64,000 nt of DNA from an uncultured Actinomycetota bacterium (GTDB lineage: Bacteria; Actinomycetota; Actinomycetes; Frankiales; Frankiaceae): assembly GCA_963711145.1 (NCBI GenBank), contig CAVQDA010000010.1:167030-231029 (forward strand). The letters are read 5' to 3'. Of the stretch, positions 53,514-62,585 are shown in pieces; the first letter of the stretch is position 1, and every line of letters starts with the position of its first letter. Position numbers and translations under genes: made by a program. The notes beneath the pieces are model-generated. The model searched no databases and was not told the DNA's origin. It worked only from the letters and a program-made list of their open reading frames with translations.

Positions 53514-54284
53514 CTAGTGGCCGCGGATGGTCTGCCACGACTCCGTAGTTATGCGCAGGATGATCGCCGTCACCGCGATCGCTATGAGCGGGTCCGCAAT
53601 CCGAAGGCCGAGCCCGACGAGTGCGGCACTGAGGACGACTCCGACGCTGACGTAAGCGTCCGTCCTGGCGTGCGCGCCATCGGCGACCAGGGCGGGGCTG
53701 TCGAGAGTTCGGCCCGCCCGCGAGCGGATGCGCGCAGCGACGCCGTTGCCGATAATGCCGACGAGTCCAGCAAGGGCGAGTCCCAGGAGGTGATGCGGCG
53801 TGTGGGGGTGGACAAGTCTGACGATCGCCACAACGGCAGCCACGATCGCGCTGACGAAGACCGTTGCGACGACGGCGAGCCCTGCTGCGGTCTCGGCGCG
53901 ACGAGATCTGAGAAGGAACGCGGCGCCGATGGGCAGTGCGGTTAGTGCGTCGCTCCCGTTGTGGATGAGCTCGGCCAGTAACGCGACGCTGCCGGAGGCG
54001 GCGTAAATCACGACCTGAAGCACGGTTGTGATGGCCAGCACTCCGAGAGATGCTGCGACGGCTTGCAGGCCCTGTCGGGTCCTCAAGACTGCGGGGTCGA
54101 TCCGTCCGTGAACATGGTCGTGACTGCGGCTGTGATGGTCGCGGCCGCCGTGAGGGGTTGGCGACGACTCGGCGAGCGGGAGCTCGTCGTGGTCGTGATC
54201 GCCGATCACACAGCTTGCAGCGTGCACGCGTCCAATGCTAGGTGGCGGTGGCCGCGGAGAACGCCGGTCCTGGTGCATTCCCAA
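53514..54284 (-). CDS. cation diffusion facilitator (CDF) family metal transporter, membrane domain only
   Basis: His-rich N-terminus (DHDHDE...HHSRSHDHVH), HNGSDALTAL and DAYVSVGVV TM motifs. No C-terminal cytoplasmic domain. The start is uncertain. Confidence 0.7.
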   Translation of the reverse strand: MGMHQDRRSPRPPPPSIGRVHAASCVIGDHDHDELPLAESSPTPHGGRDHHSRSHDHVHGRIDPAVLRTRQGLQAVAASLGVLAITTVLQVVIYAASGSVALLAELIHNGSDALTALPIGAAFLLRSRRAETAAGLAVVATVFVSAIVAAVVAIVRLVHPHTPHHLLGLALAGLVGIIGNGVAARIRSRAGRTLDSPALVADGAHARTDAYVSVGVVLSAALVGLGLRIADPLIAIAVTAIILRITTESWQTIRGH

Positions 54285-54319
54285 ACCTGATCGGACGGCG
54301 CAGGTAAGTGATCAGGGCG

Positions 54320-54344
54320 CTCATCCGACCTTAGCCGATTGTCG
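54320..54344 (+). repeat. accessory-region repeat, partial copy G
   Basis: CTCATCCGACCTTAGCCGATTGTCG. The 14-nt CGACCTTAGCCGAT is identical to copy H. Confidence 0.45.
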
Positions 54345-54355
54345 ATTGCCGCCCT

Positions 54356-54403
54356 CATCGCGGCAGATGCGTGCATTGTCAGCGGCGTGGTCGGGTGTTT
54401 GCC
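54356..54403 (-). repeat. accessory-region repeat, copy F (inverted orientation)
   Basis: The reverse complement reads GGCAAACACCCGACCACGCCGCTGAcaatgcacgcaTCTGCCGCGATG and shares AAACACCCGACCACG with copy D. Confidence 0.55.
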
Positions 54404-54621
54404 GCTGGCCGCGAACCTGGCGTGAGCGCTCGGGCTTAGCATGCGATCGGTGCCAGCGAGCACGGCTGGTTTGGCGCTGGGACGTCATCGCCAAGTCCGG
54501 GCCGTCAGGTCACCGCGCTGGATCGTCGGTTGTCGACTTCTGTCCAGCTGGCCCGCTGCGCCACGGTGCTGGTCAGCGACTACTCCTGACCGCCGTCCGC
54601 GAGACCGTGGACCAAGGTGGG

Positions 54622-55038
54622 CTAACCGGAGGAGCCGTCACCTCCGTTGGAAGTCTCGGCGTCGTGCGGTGACGGCACCAGTTCGGCCAGGGGTTTGCCG
54701 GATTCGGCGAGGTAGGTGGAGAGCATGTGGCCGGTGTCGGGTCCGACGTCGAGGGCGTTGTGGGGGTGCCGCGGCGGGATGAGGAAGCCGTCTCCGGCCT
54801 GCAGCGTGAGTGTGGGCCGGTCTTGGATCATCATTTTGACGGTGCCGGTGACGAGGAATCCGACTTCCTCGCCGTAATGGATGTGCCAGCCGGATTCGAC
54901 TCCGCACGGAATTTCGGTTAGGACTTGGACGATCTCGCGTCCGGGTACCGACGAGGTTTCCCGTTGGATCTCGGTTCGCCTGAGTCGCCCGGTGAGCTAG
55001 TCGGCGGGTTTGGTGGCCGCCTGGTCCGCCAGAGTCAT
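54622..55038 (-). pseudogene. cupin domain protein interrupted by an in-frame TAG at codon 14 (54997-54999)
   Basis: MTLADQAATKPAD-TAG-LTGRLRRTEIQRETSSVPGREIVQVLTEIPCGVESGWHIHYGEEVGFLVTG... ATG 55038 overlaps the upstream gene's stop (ATGA). The track shows only the last 70 aa. Confidence 0.7.
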
Positions 55039-55862
55039 GATGCGACCGCGCCGACGGCTCGGAGTATGACGTCGGTGACAGCTTTCGGCTGCGAAATCAT
55101 GACGACGTGGGAGGCCTGCACTTCGACGATGTCAGCCCCGGCCCGTGCTGCCATGGAACGGACGACGTCGGCTCCGGCGGCCGTGTCCCCGGTGGCGACC
55201 ACCGCCCAGGACGGCAGGTTCTTCCAGGCTGGCGGGCCGTTCGGGTCCGAGAAGGCCTGTGCTGCCACCGGGCGTTGGGTAGCGGCAAGGATGGCCGACT
55301 GCCCGGGTGAGACGTCGGCGGCGAAGGCCTGGTGGAATTGTGCCGGGTCGATGTAGAGCTCCACGGCAGTGTCGTCGCCAGCTGGGTAGTCGCGGGTGAG
55401 CAGGGCAGAGTTGAGGACGCTGTCGGTGGAGTCGGCTTCGATGGCGGAGAGCAGTTCCCCGTTGTCGGGTGCGAACGCGGCGACGTAGACCAGGCCGACG
55501 ACGTTGTCGAGGTCGGTGACGGCGTTGGTGATGATGGCGCCTCCGTAGGAGTGCCCGACGGCGAGTACGGGGGCGGGAATCTGAGAGAGGGCTTTCGCGA
55601 CGTAGGCGGAGTCATACCCGATGCCGCGCAGCGGATTGGATACCGCTTGGACGGCTACGCCGGCCTGAAGGAGCAGTTCGACCACTCCGTTCCAGCTGGA
55701 GCTGTCGGCGAATGCGCCGTGGACGAGGGCGACGGTGAGCGGCCCGCTGGGTGTGTCGTTGTCGGTCAAGGCTTCCTCCGGGGTTGAACCAACAGTGGAT
55801 GCGCCGAGTGCTCCGGTCGCCTGCCCAAGGTCCACGACCACTGGTCGGTTGCCATCGGACAT
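55035..55862 (-). CDS. alpha/beta hydrolase
   Basis: VALVHGAFADSSSW and GHSYGG. ATG 55862 preceded by GGAG. Confidence 0.8.
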   Translation of the reverse strand: MSDGNRPVVVDLGQATGALGASTVGSTPEEALTDNDTPSGPLTVALVHGAFADSSSWNGVVELLLQAGVAVQAVSNPLRGIGYDSAYVAKALSQIPAPVLAVGHSYGGAIITNAVTDLDNVVGLVYVAAFAPDNGELLSAIEADSTDSVLNSALLTRDYPAGDDTAVELYIDPAQFHQAFAADVSPGQSAILAATQRPVAAQAFSDPNGPPAWKNLPSWAVVATGDTAAGADVVRSMAARAGADIVEVQASHVVMISQPKAVTDVILRAVGAVAS

Positions 55863-56045
55863 TTGACTCCAAGTACCGGCCAAGGGCCGCCGCGGTGCAG
55901 GCCCGCGTGACCGGCTAGGCCAGTCGAGTCATTTGACGGATGGCGGCCGCTTATGCCGAGGCGATGTTGGCGCTGTACCCGACGCGGTCCAGCAGGACCG
56001 CGGCCATGCCCTCCCGGTGAATCCGGCAACCCAAAGGAGAGTCTC

Positions 56046-57032
56046 ATGCCCACCCGACCGCACATCGTCCTGGAGCCTGCAGCACAGGACGTCGTCAACG
56101 CCACCAAGAGTCCGACGTTCCTGTACGACATGGGCGCCATCGGCGCGCGCAGCTTCCTGGACAACCTGCAGGCCGCCCCCGTCGACAAGCTCCCGGTGGA
56201 CGAGGAGTGGGTCACCGTCCCGGCGCCTGTGGGTGACGTGCGGGTGCGCATCATCAGACCGGCTGGCTCGAGCGGTTGGCTGCCGGTGATCCTCTACATG
56301 CACGGCGGCGGCTGGATCCTTGGCAACGCCGGCACACACGACAGGCTCGTGCGGGAGCTCGCCGTAGGCGCGCAAGCTGCGCTGGCTTTCGTGGAGTACA
56401 CCAACTCCCCCGAAGCTCGCTACCCCATTGCCATCGAGCAGGGCTACGCAACCGCGCAGTGGATCGTGAGAGAGGGTGCCTCGCACGGTCTCGACGCCAC
56501 CAGAATGGCCGTCGCCGGCGAGTCAGTCGGAGGTGACATGACGGCAGCTCTGGCGCTGATGGCGAAGGAGCGAGGCGACGTGCGGTTCGTGCAGCAGTCG
56601 TTGTACTACCCGGTGACGGACGCCGCGATGGACACCGCCTCCTACGACGAGTTCGCCGAAGGCTGGTATCTGAGCCGGGCGGCGATGGAGTGGTTCTGGG
56701 ACGCCTACACCGAAGACCCAGCACAACGGGCGGAGATCACCGCCTCCCCGAATACAGCCACTATCGAGCAGTTGAAGGGCCTGCCCCCGGCGCTGCTGTT
56801 TGTCGATGAGGCTGATGTGCTGCGCGATGAGGGCGAGGCGTACGCCGCTAAATTGCGCGAGGCGGGGGTGGCAGTGACCACCGTGCGCTACCCGGGCGTC
56901 GTCCACGACTTCATGTTGCTGAACTCGATGGCTGACGCCTTCGCCACTCGCGCCGCTATTGCACAGGCGGTGGCCTACCTTCGGACGGCATTCGCCGCGG
57001 TTCCGGCCCAGCAACTCGCGTCGGCCCGTTAG
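56046..57032 (+). CDS. alpha/beta hydrolase, hormone-sensitive-lipase-type esterase
   Basis: HGGGW oxyanion motif and GESVGG nucleophile elbow. AAAGGAGAG upstream of ATG 56046. Confidence 0.85.
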   Translation: MPTRPHIVLEPAAQDVVNATKSPTFLYDMGAIGARSFLDNLQAAPVDKLPVDEEWVTVPAPVGDVRVRIIRPAGSSGWLPVILYMHGGGWILGNAGTHDRLVRELAVGAQAALAFVEYTNSPEARYPIAIEQGYATAQWIVREGASHGLDATRMAVAGESVGGDMTAALALMAKERGDVRFVQQSLYYPVTDAAMDTASYDEFAEGWYLSRAAMEWFWDAYTEDPAQRAEITASPNTATIEQLKGLPPALLFVDEADVLRDEGEAYAAKLREAGVAVTTVRYPGVVHDFMLLNSMADAFATRAAIAQAVAYLRTAFAAVPAQQLASAR

Positions 57033-57037
57033 CCGGC

Positions 57038-58000
57038 CTACATGGGGGGTCGCGGGTCTTGGCCCAGGCTCGCGGCCTCCCGCACCGCGGCAGCGAAAGC
57101 CTTCGGCTGTTCCTGCGGAAGGTTGTGACCTGCGTCGGGGACGTGACGGTGAAGGCGCGGGCCGCGGAAGTGAGCGGCCTGAGCGTCGGCGGATGCCGGT
57201 GGGAAGTTGCCGTCCGCTAGACCTTCAAGGGTAACCGTCGGGGCTTCAATGGCGGGGGCGTGCGCCAGCCTGGACTCCAGGTCGGCGTAGGCGGGATCGC
57301 CGGGCGCCGCCCCGAGTCGGTGACGGTAGGAATGGATGAAGACCTCGACGTAGTCGGGGTTGCTGAACGCCTGGGCTGCCCGGTCCAAGACGGCGTCATC
57401 GAACGGCCAGCGGGGTGAGTTGCGTTTCCAGATCACCTTGGCGACTGCCTTCGGATCGGCGGCCAGCCCGGCTCGGCCGCGTTCGGTGAGGAAGTAGTAG
57501 AAGTACCAGAAGCCGGCTTCCAGCTCGGGGTTGATCGGCGTCATCGCCTTAGCGATGTTCTGGATCAGGTAGCCGTTGACGGACACCAGCCCAGCGCAGC
57601 GTTCGGGCCATAACGCCGCAGCAACACACGCGGCGCGGCCGCCCCAGTCGTAGCCAGCAAGGATGGCGCGCGGCATGTCGAGGGCATCCAGCAGCGCGAT
57701 GACATCCGCGCCGAGAGCTGCCTGCTGCCCGGTGCGTGGTGTGGCAACGCTCAGGAACCGGGTGGGGCCATGACAACGCAGGTACGGCGTCACCACATGA
57801 AAGCCCGCCGCAGCGAGTAGCGGTATCACATCGACGTAGCTGTGAACGTCGTAGGGATAGCCGTGCAGCAGCAGAACCGGGGGACCGTCCGCAGGGCCGG
57901 AGTCGTGATAGGCCACGTCGAGGACACCGCACTCGACGTGGCGTAGCGGCTCCAGGGAAGGAAGCGGTGGGCTCGGAACGGCCCGTTCGCCGGCGGTCAT
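57038..58000 (-). CDS. alpha/beta hydrolase, epoxide-hydrolase/dehalogenase-like
   Basis: LLLHGYPYDVHSY (HGxP) and GYDWGG (Asp nucleophile). The start overlaps the upstream stop (TGATG). Confidence 0.8.
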   Translation of the reverse strand: MTAGERAVPSPPLPSLEPLRHVECGVLDVAYHDSGPADGPPVLLLHGYPYDVHSYVDVIPLLAAAGFHVVTPYLRCHGPTRFLSVATPRTGQQAALGADVIALLDALDMPRAILAGYDWGGRAACVAAALWPERCAGLVSVNGYLIQNIAKAMTPINPELEAGFWYFYYFLTERGRAGLAADPKAVAKVIWKRNSPRWPFDDAVLDRAAQAFSNPDYVEVFIHSYRHRLGAAPGDPAYADLESRLAHAPAIEAPTVTLEGLADGNFPPASADAQAAHFRGPRLHRHVPDAGHNLPQEQPKAFAAAVREAASLGQDPRPPM

Positions 58001-58623
58001 CACCGTTGCCCGTCCGCCGGGCTGCGTCGGCCTTCCTCCTGCGGTCTCCACGACGGGCCGAGCAATGCGTCGAGTTCCTCGACGGTGAATCGCGGAGCGA
58101 TGTGCTTCGGGCAGTTCCAGTCATAGCTGACCACGGTGACGGTCACCATCCGCTCGATGATCGCCCGGTACCCCGGTAGCCGCAGGTCCTCTTGGAGGTC
58201 GGGCCGCCGGCGCACGTCGACCACGCTCGCCCTGCCGTAAATCTTCAGCCTGCTGCGGTGCGGGTAGTCCATGAAGAACAAAGCCACCCGGTCGTTGTCA
58301 GCCATATTGCCGGTACTGATGTACTGCCGGTTACCCCGAAAGTCGGCCCATCCGATGGTGTGGTCGTCAAGGACACTTACGAACCCGGACGGGCCGCCGC
58401 GAAACTGTACATAGGGCCAGCCCGTCCCCGACACGCTAGCCAGGTAGAAACTGTCGCGCGTCGCCAGGAAATCACGCTCGTCTTCCGTCAACGAGTCCCG
58501 CGGCTCGGCCCCCGAGGGCGGTCGGCCAACTTCCGCCCGGGCCTGCGTCGACCGGCTGCCGTACTCGAGTTGTGCGGATTTGACCGCGGGCGTGTCAGCG
58601 ATACGGAAGTAGCCATCACTCAT
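58000..58623 (-). CDS. pyridoxamine 5-prime-phosphate oxidase-like FMN-binding protein
   Basis: FLATRDSFYLASVSGTGWPYVQFRGGPSGF...NRQYISTGN... has split-barrel family features. Confidence 0.7.
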   Translation of the reverse strand: MSDGYFRIADTPAVKSAQLEYGSRSTQARAEVGRPPSGAEPRDSLTEDERDFLATRDSFYLASVSGTGWPYVQFRGGPSGFVSVLDDHTIGWADFRGNRQYISTGNMADNDRVALFFMDYPHRSRLKIYGRASVVDVRRRPDLQEDLRLPGYRAIIERMVTVTVVSYDWNCPKHIAPRFTVEELDALLGPSWRPQEEGRRSPADGQR

Positions 58624-58804
58624 CTCAGCGCCCCCATGGCTCCTGACGACCGGCACGGGTCCCGGCAGCCCGGCCCTAACCTTTCCGCCCCCACCGATGT
58701 CACTGCATCGGTCAAACGACTCGGAATGCTTGTTACCGAAAAGGGACTTCCGCATCACCCCGGCGACAGGAGATAGTGCCCAGAATGATCAGGAGGGGCC
58801 CCTG

Positions 58805-61594
58805 ATGGTCACGATCTCTCGATCGGTAGTGGCAACTGACGCGCCGCTCGTCGGCCGGGCGAATGAGCAGGAACGCATCGCTGACCTGCTCGAAACGGCT
58901 CCGGTCCATGGCCACGCACTGCTGATCGTCGGAGAACCCGGGATCGGAAAGACGGCATTACTCCAAAAAGCCGCCGGCGATGCGCTGGCCTCCGGCTTTA
59001 CCCTGCTCACTGCAACGGGCGTCGAGTTCGAGGCCGATCTGACGTTCTCCGGTCTGCAACAACTTCTGCTTCCGATCAACGACTTGCTCGTCGAATTGCC
59101 GACGGCGCAGCGTGACATTTTGCAGGGAGCGTTGGGGCAGTCGAGCGCGGCGCCTTCCAACACCCTGCAGGTGGCGACCGCAACGCTGGCCGCGTTGCAG
59201 GGAGCCTGCAACAAGCGCCCGCTGCTGGTCATCGTCGATGATCTCCAATGGCTCGATCGCGCCAGCGCACTTGTCCTGGCGATGGTCGCTCGGCGCCTGG
59301 AGCAAACACGAGTGGCGCTGCTGTGCGCGGGCCGGGCCGGACACAGCGAAATGATGTCCGAGGCAGGAGTCCCGGAACTGGCCTTGCCGCCGTTGGAGCT
59401 ATCGGCTGCCGCGCAGTTGCTCGATGACCGATTCCCGGTGTTGGCTCCCAGAACCCGGCACCGTCTGCTCGATGAAGCCCAGGGCAACCCACTCGCACTG
59501 TTGCATCTGCCTGCTGCGCTTACCCCCGAACAGCGTAGTGCAAGGGCCGCAGTGCCATCGGTGTTGCCCCTGACAGGCCGTCTGCAACAAGCCTTCGCGT
59601 CCCGGTACGCCGACTTACCACGCGACACGCGTCGTTTATTGCTCTTGGCCGCGCTGGCTGGGTCAAGTCGGCTTGACGCGCTGTTTGGCGGCAGGGTCAC
59701 CGAGCAGGAGCTCGGTCGCTTGGAAGCGGCGCAAGAGCACCAGCTGATCCGGGTTGATGCGCCTCACGGAACTATCACGTTCACGCATCCTTTGATACGG
59801 GCAGCAGTAGCTGGGGCTGCGACCGCTGCCGAGGTCCGCCGCGCCCAGCTCGCGCTTGGGCAGCTAGCTGACGATCCCGATCGTCGAGCGTGGCACCTGG
59901 CTGCAGCGACGCTCCAGCCCGACGAGACCATCGCCGCGCTACTGGAAGAGACGGGAAATCGCAGCCTGCATCGCGGTGACCCGGCTGGCGCCCTGAACGC
60001 CATCCTTCGCGCCGCCGAGCTCAGCCCCATCGGTCAATCGCGCGGCAGCCGGCTAGCAAGAGCCGCCCACATCGGGGCGTACATCACCGGAGACCTGCAA
60101 GTCTCAGACCTGCTGCAGAAAGTCCACCAACCTGATCTTCAAGCCTCAGCGGTGCTCTACGCTGCCGCGGCCGCAGCCGTTGTGTTGGTGAACGGCGACA
60201 GCGAAATTGCGACCCCCCATCGAATCCTCACCGAAGCGATCCGCGAGCACGCCGGCGACTATCAGAGCAGCGACGAGGCGCTAGTAGCCGCGCTCACCGC
60301 GCTGAATTTCGTGTGCTTCGTCGGCGGCCGGCCAGAAGCTTGGACTCCGTACGCGGCCGCCGTCGATCGACTGTTACCGGCGCCCCCACCAGAGCTGTAC
60401 TTGCTGTCCACGACCTTCGCCGACCCGGTACACCGAGGGCCGTCAGCCCTGGACATGCTCACCGAAGCCATCGCCAGTCTTGACGACGAAACCGAACAAT
60501 GGCGGATCGCGAACATCGCCACGGCCGCCGTCATCATCGACCGCCTCGCCGGCTGCCGGGCCGCCCTCGCGACCCTTGTCGGGACGGATCGGGAAACCCG
60601 AGCCACCCCGCTCGCCCTCACGGGAATCAATCACCTCGCCCGCGATCATTTTCTCAGCGGCGAATGGGATGACGCCAGCAAACTTTGCACCGAAGGACTT
60701 GAACTGTGTGAGCACCTCGCACAACCAATGCTGGCTTTTCCTCTCCACGGTCACGTCGGAGTGATAGCGGCGCTCCGCGGAAACTATGCCGACGCTTCCA
60801 AAGCCGTCGATGCCATCACCCGCTGGGCGACGCCACGCGGCGCGTGGGGCGCGCTCCACCTGACCGGCTACATACGCACCGTCCTCGAGATGTCACGCGC
60901 AAGCTACGACGCCGCTTACCAGGCCGCCGCGTCTCTGAGCCCACCGGGAACCTTCACTCCCTATTCACCCCAGGCGCTTTACGTCTGTCTGGACCTCGTC
61001 GAAAGTGCGGTGCGCACCGGCCGCACGGCGGACGCCAGATCGCATGTCGCCGCGATACAGCGCGCGGGAGTGAGTGCACTGTCCTCCCGGCTGGCCCTGC
61101 TGGCCGCCGGCGCGGGCGCCCTGGTCGCAGACAACGACAAGGCGACAGAGCTCTACCGGGAGGCGCTGGCTGCCCCCGATTCGCGTCGATGGCCGTTCGA
61201 CCGAGCCCGGGTGCAACTGAACTACGGCGAGCACCTGCGGCGCAATCACGGGTCCACGGTTCACGCCCGGCACCAACTCACCGAAGCGCTCGACACGTTC
61301 ACCCGACTCGGGGCGCGGCCCTGGGCTGCCAGAGCCGCGACCGAGCTCAGAGCAGCCGGTTCGGCGCTGCCACCGGCAAGAACCGATCAGCTGTCGCCTC
61401 TGACCCCGCAGGAATACGAGATCGCGACCCTCGCTGCCACCGGCATGACGAACAAGGAGATCGCCCAGCGGGTGTTCCTGTCCGACCGGACCGTCGGCGC
61501 CCACCTGTACCGCACCTTCCCCAAGCTGGGCATCACAAAGCGAGCAGGGCTGCGGGACGCACTCACTGCGTACAACGCCGCCGGCGCGGGCTAG
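58805..61594 (+). CDS. LAL-type (large ATP-binding LuxR family) transcriptional regulator
   Basis: Walker A GEPGIGKT and C-terminal LuxR HTH (LTPQEYEIATLAATGMTNKEIAQRVFLSDRTVGAHL). AGGAGG upstream of ATG 58805. Confidence 0.85.
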   Translation: MVTISRSVVATDAPLVGRANEQERIADLLETAPVHGHALLIVGEPGIGKTALLQKAAGDALASGFTLLTATGVEFEADLTFSGLQQLLLPINDLLVELPTAQRDILQGALGQSSAAPSNTLQVATATLAALQGACNKRPLLVIVDDLQWLDRASALVLAMVARRLEQTRVALLCAGRAGHSEMMSEAGVPELALPPLELSAAAQLLDDRFPVLAPRTRHRLLDEAQGNPLALLHLPAALTPEQRSARAAVPSVLPLTGRLQQAFASRYADLPRDTRRLLLLAALAGSSRLDALFGGRVTEQELGRLEAAQEHQLIRVDAPHGTITFTHPLIRAAVAGAATAAEVRRAQLALGQLADDPDRRAWHLAAATLQPDETIAALLEETGNRSLHRGDPAGALNAILRAAELSPIGQSRGSRLARAAHIGAYITGDLQVSDLLQKVHQPDLQASAVLYAAAAAAVVLVNGDSEIATPHRILTEAIREHAGDYQSSDEALVAALTALNFVCFVGGRPEAWTPYAAAVDRLLPAPPPELYLLSTTFADPVHRGPSALDMLTEAIASLDDETEQWRIANIATAAVIIDRLAGCRAALATLVGTDRETRATPLALTGINHLARDHFLSGEWDDASKLCTEGLELCEHLAQPMLAFPLHGHVGVIAALRGNYADASKAVDAITRWATPRGAWGALHLTGYIRTVLEMSRASYDAAYQAAASLSPPGTFTPYSPQALYVCLDLVESAVRTGRTADARSHVAAIQRAGVSALSSRLALLAAGAGALVADNDKATELYREALAAPDSRRWPFDRARVQLNYGEHLRRNHGSTVHARHQLTEALDTFTRLGARPWAARAATELRAAGSALPPARTDQLSPLTPQEYEIATLAATGMTNKEIAQRVFLSDRTVGAHLYRTFPKLGITKRAGLRDALTAYNAAGAG

Positions 61595-62025
61595 GACCCT
61601 CCTCGCCCTCGCCCTCGCCGTCTCGACGCAGAGATCCATTCCGCGTCGCCTTGATTCGGGCGTCAAGGATCTCGAAATCCTCACTCAGGCTCTCGTCCGG
61701 CTCCGCTTCAGCGCGCTGTTGCTGTCAACAGGCGCTGTGGGGTTCTTTGGGTCCCTCTGCGTCACAGCTGGGTATCCACTCGCGCCGCGCTGAGCGCCTC
61801 GCGCAGCCCACCGACCATCGGCGTTATCGCCAACATCCGCATCTCGGCATGGCCGCGATGTCAGGTGCCGGATGCCATGTAGGCGGCGAGGATGTAGTTG
61901 GGGTGGCGGTCGAGGTTGTTGCGGGCCCGGTCGTAGCGCATGGTGGTGCGCGGGTCAGCGTGGCGGGCGGCGATCTGCACGTCACGCAGGTCGACACCTG
62001 CATCGAGCATGGTGGTGACGTAGGC

Positions 62026-62585
62026 TATCTGTACTTGATCTTGATAATCCCTTATGGCGTAAGGGATTCTGACTGTGAGCGACGTGAGGCACGTGAGGCA
62101 CGTCGATGAGCGGTGTGCCGGGTTCGGGTGGTTGGTCATGACGGTGACCGGTTCTGGTCTTTGATCACTCGCCGGAGGCTTTCCCGGGCGGCGGTGAGGT
62201 CGTCTTCGAGTTCACGGGCACGTCGTTGGGCAAGGTCGGCTTCGGTGCTGCGGGCGTCGCGTTCGGTGAGTAGTTGCAGCACGAGGGCTTCCAGGTCGGT
62301 GACTCGGGTGATCAGCCCGGCCCAGTCGGGCGCTTCGATCTCGGCGCCGAGTTGCAGGCGCAGGCGGTGCAGCAGCTTGTCGCGTTCGGTGCGCAGCCGG
62401 TGGATGTCTTCACGGGCGATGGCGAGGTCGGTGCGCAGACCGGCGGGTGTGACCGGGGCGTGGTTGCCGCCCGGCGTGGTGGTGGCGGGGATGAGGAGGT
62501 ACCGACAAGTTCCGGATACTCGTGAGGCACGTGAGCAGCTACCCCGGAAATGCACGTCCCTCACCCGGTTTAGGCAGTACAGATA
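62026..62585. mobile_element. 560-bp insertion with 10-bp terminal inverted repeats inside the integrase gene
   Basis: TATCTGTACT (62026-62035) and AGTACAGATA (62576-62585). Flanking near-duplicate ACGTAGG (62018-62024) and ACGAAGG (62586-62592). Locally low GC at the left end. Confidence 0.7.
62136..62564 (-). CDS. element-encoded coiled-coil protein; the start codon is uncertain
   Basis: ...TPAGLRTDLAIAREDIHRLRTERDKLLHRLRLQLGAEIE...ADLAQRRARELEDDLTAARESLRRVIKDQN has heptad-like charged/Leu periodicity. Only GTG starts are available (62564 or 62555). Confidence 0.4.
   Translation of the reverse strand: MRDVHFRGSCSRASRVSGTCRYLLIPATTTPGGNHAPVTPAGLRTDLAIAREDIHRLRTERDKLLHRLRLQLGAEIEAPDWAGLITRVTDLEALVLQLLTERDARSTEADLAQRRARELEDDLTAARESLRRVIKDQNRSPS

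Noticed and set aside
39778-54999. TAG reassigned as a sense codon (e.g. pyrrolysine-like).
   Set aside because: TAG clearly terminates several well-defined genes in this window: ribBA at 1924, the hydratase at 16761, the thiolase at 17990, the ACAD at 33258 and the LAL regulator at 61592.
48321-61594. A secondary-metabolite biosynthetic gene cluster, suggested by two LAL regulators and an oxygenase.
   Set aside because: No PKS, NRPS, terpene synthase, RiPP precursor or other core enzyme is present in the window.
61800-61845. A possible ninth, degenerate copy of the accessory repeat (CCGACCATCGGCGTTATCGCC) next to the integrase fragment.
   Set aside because: Only about 11 contiguous matching nucleotides, too weak to separate from chance in GC-rich DNA.
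62083-62103. CRISPR-like or tandem-repeat array (CGTGAGGCA units).
   Set aside because: There are only about 2.3 units of 9 bp with no spacers. The repeat is interpreted as a subterminal feature of the inserted element.
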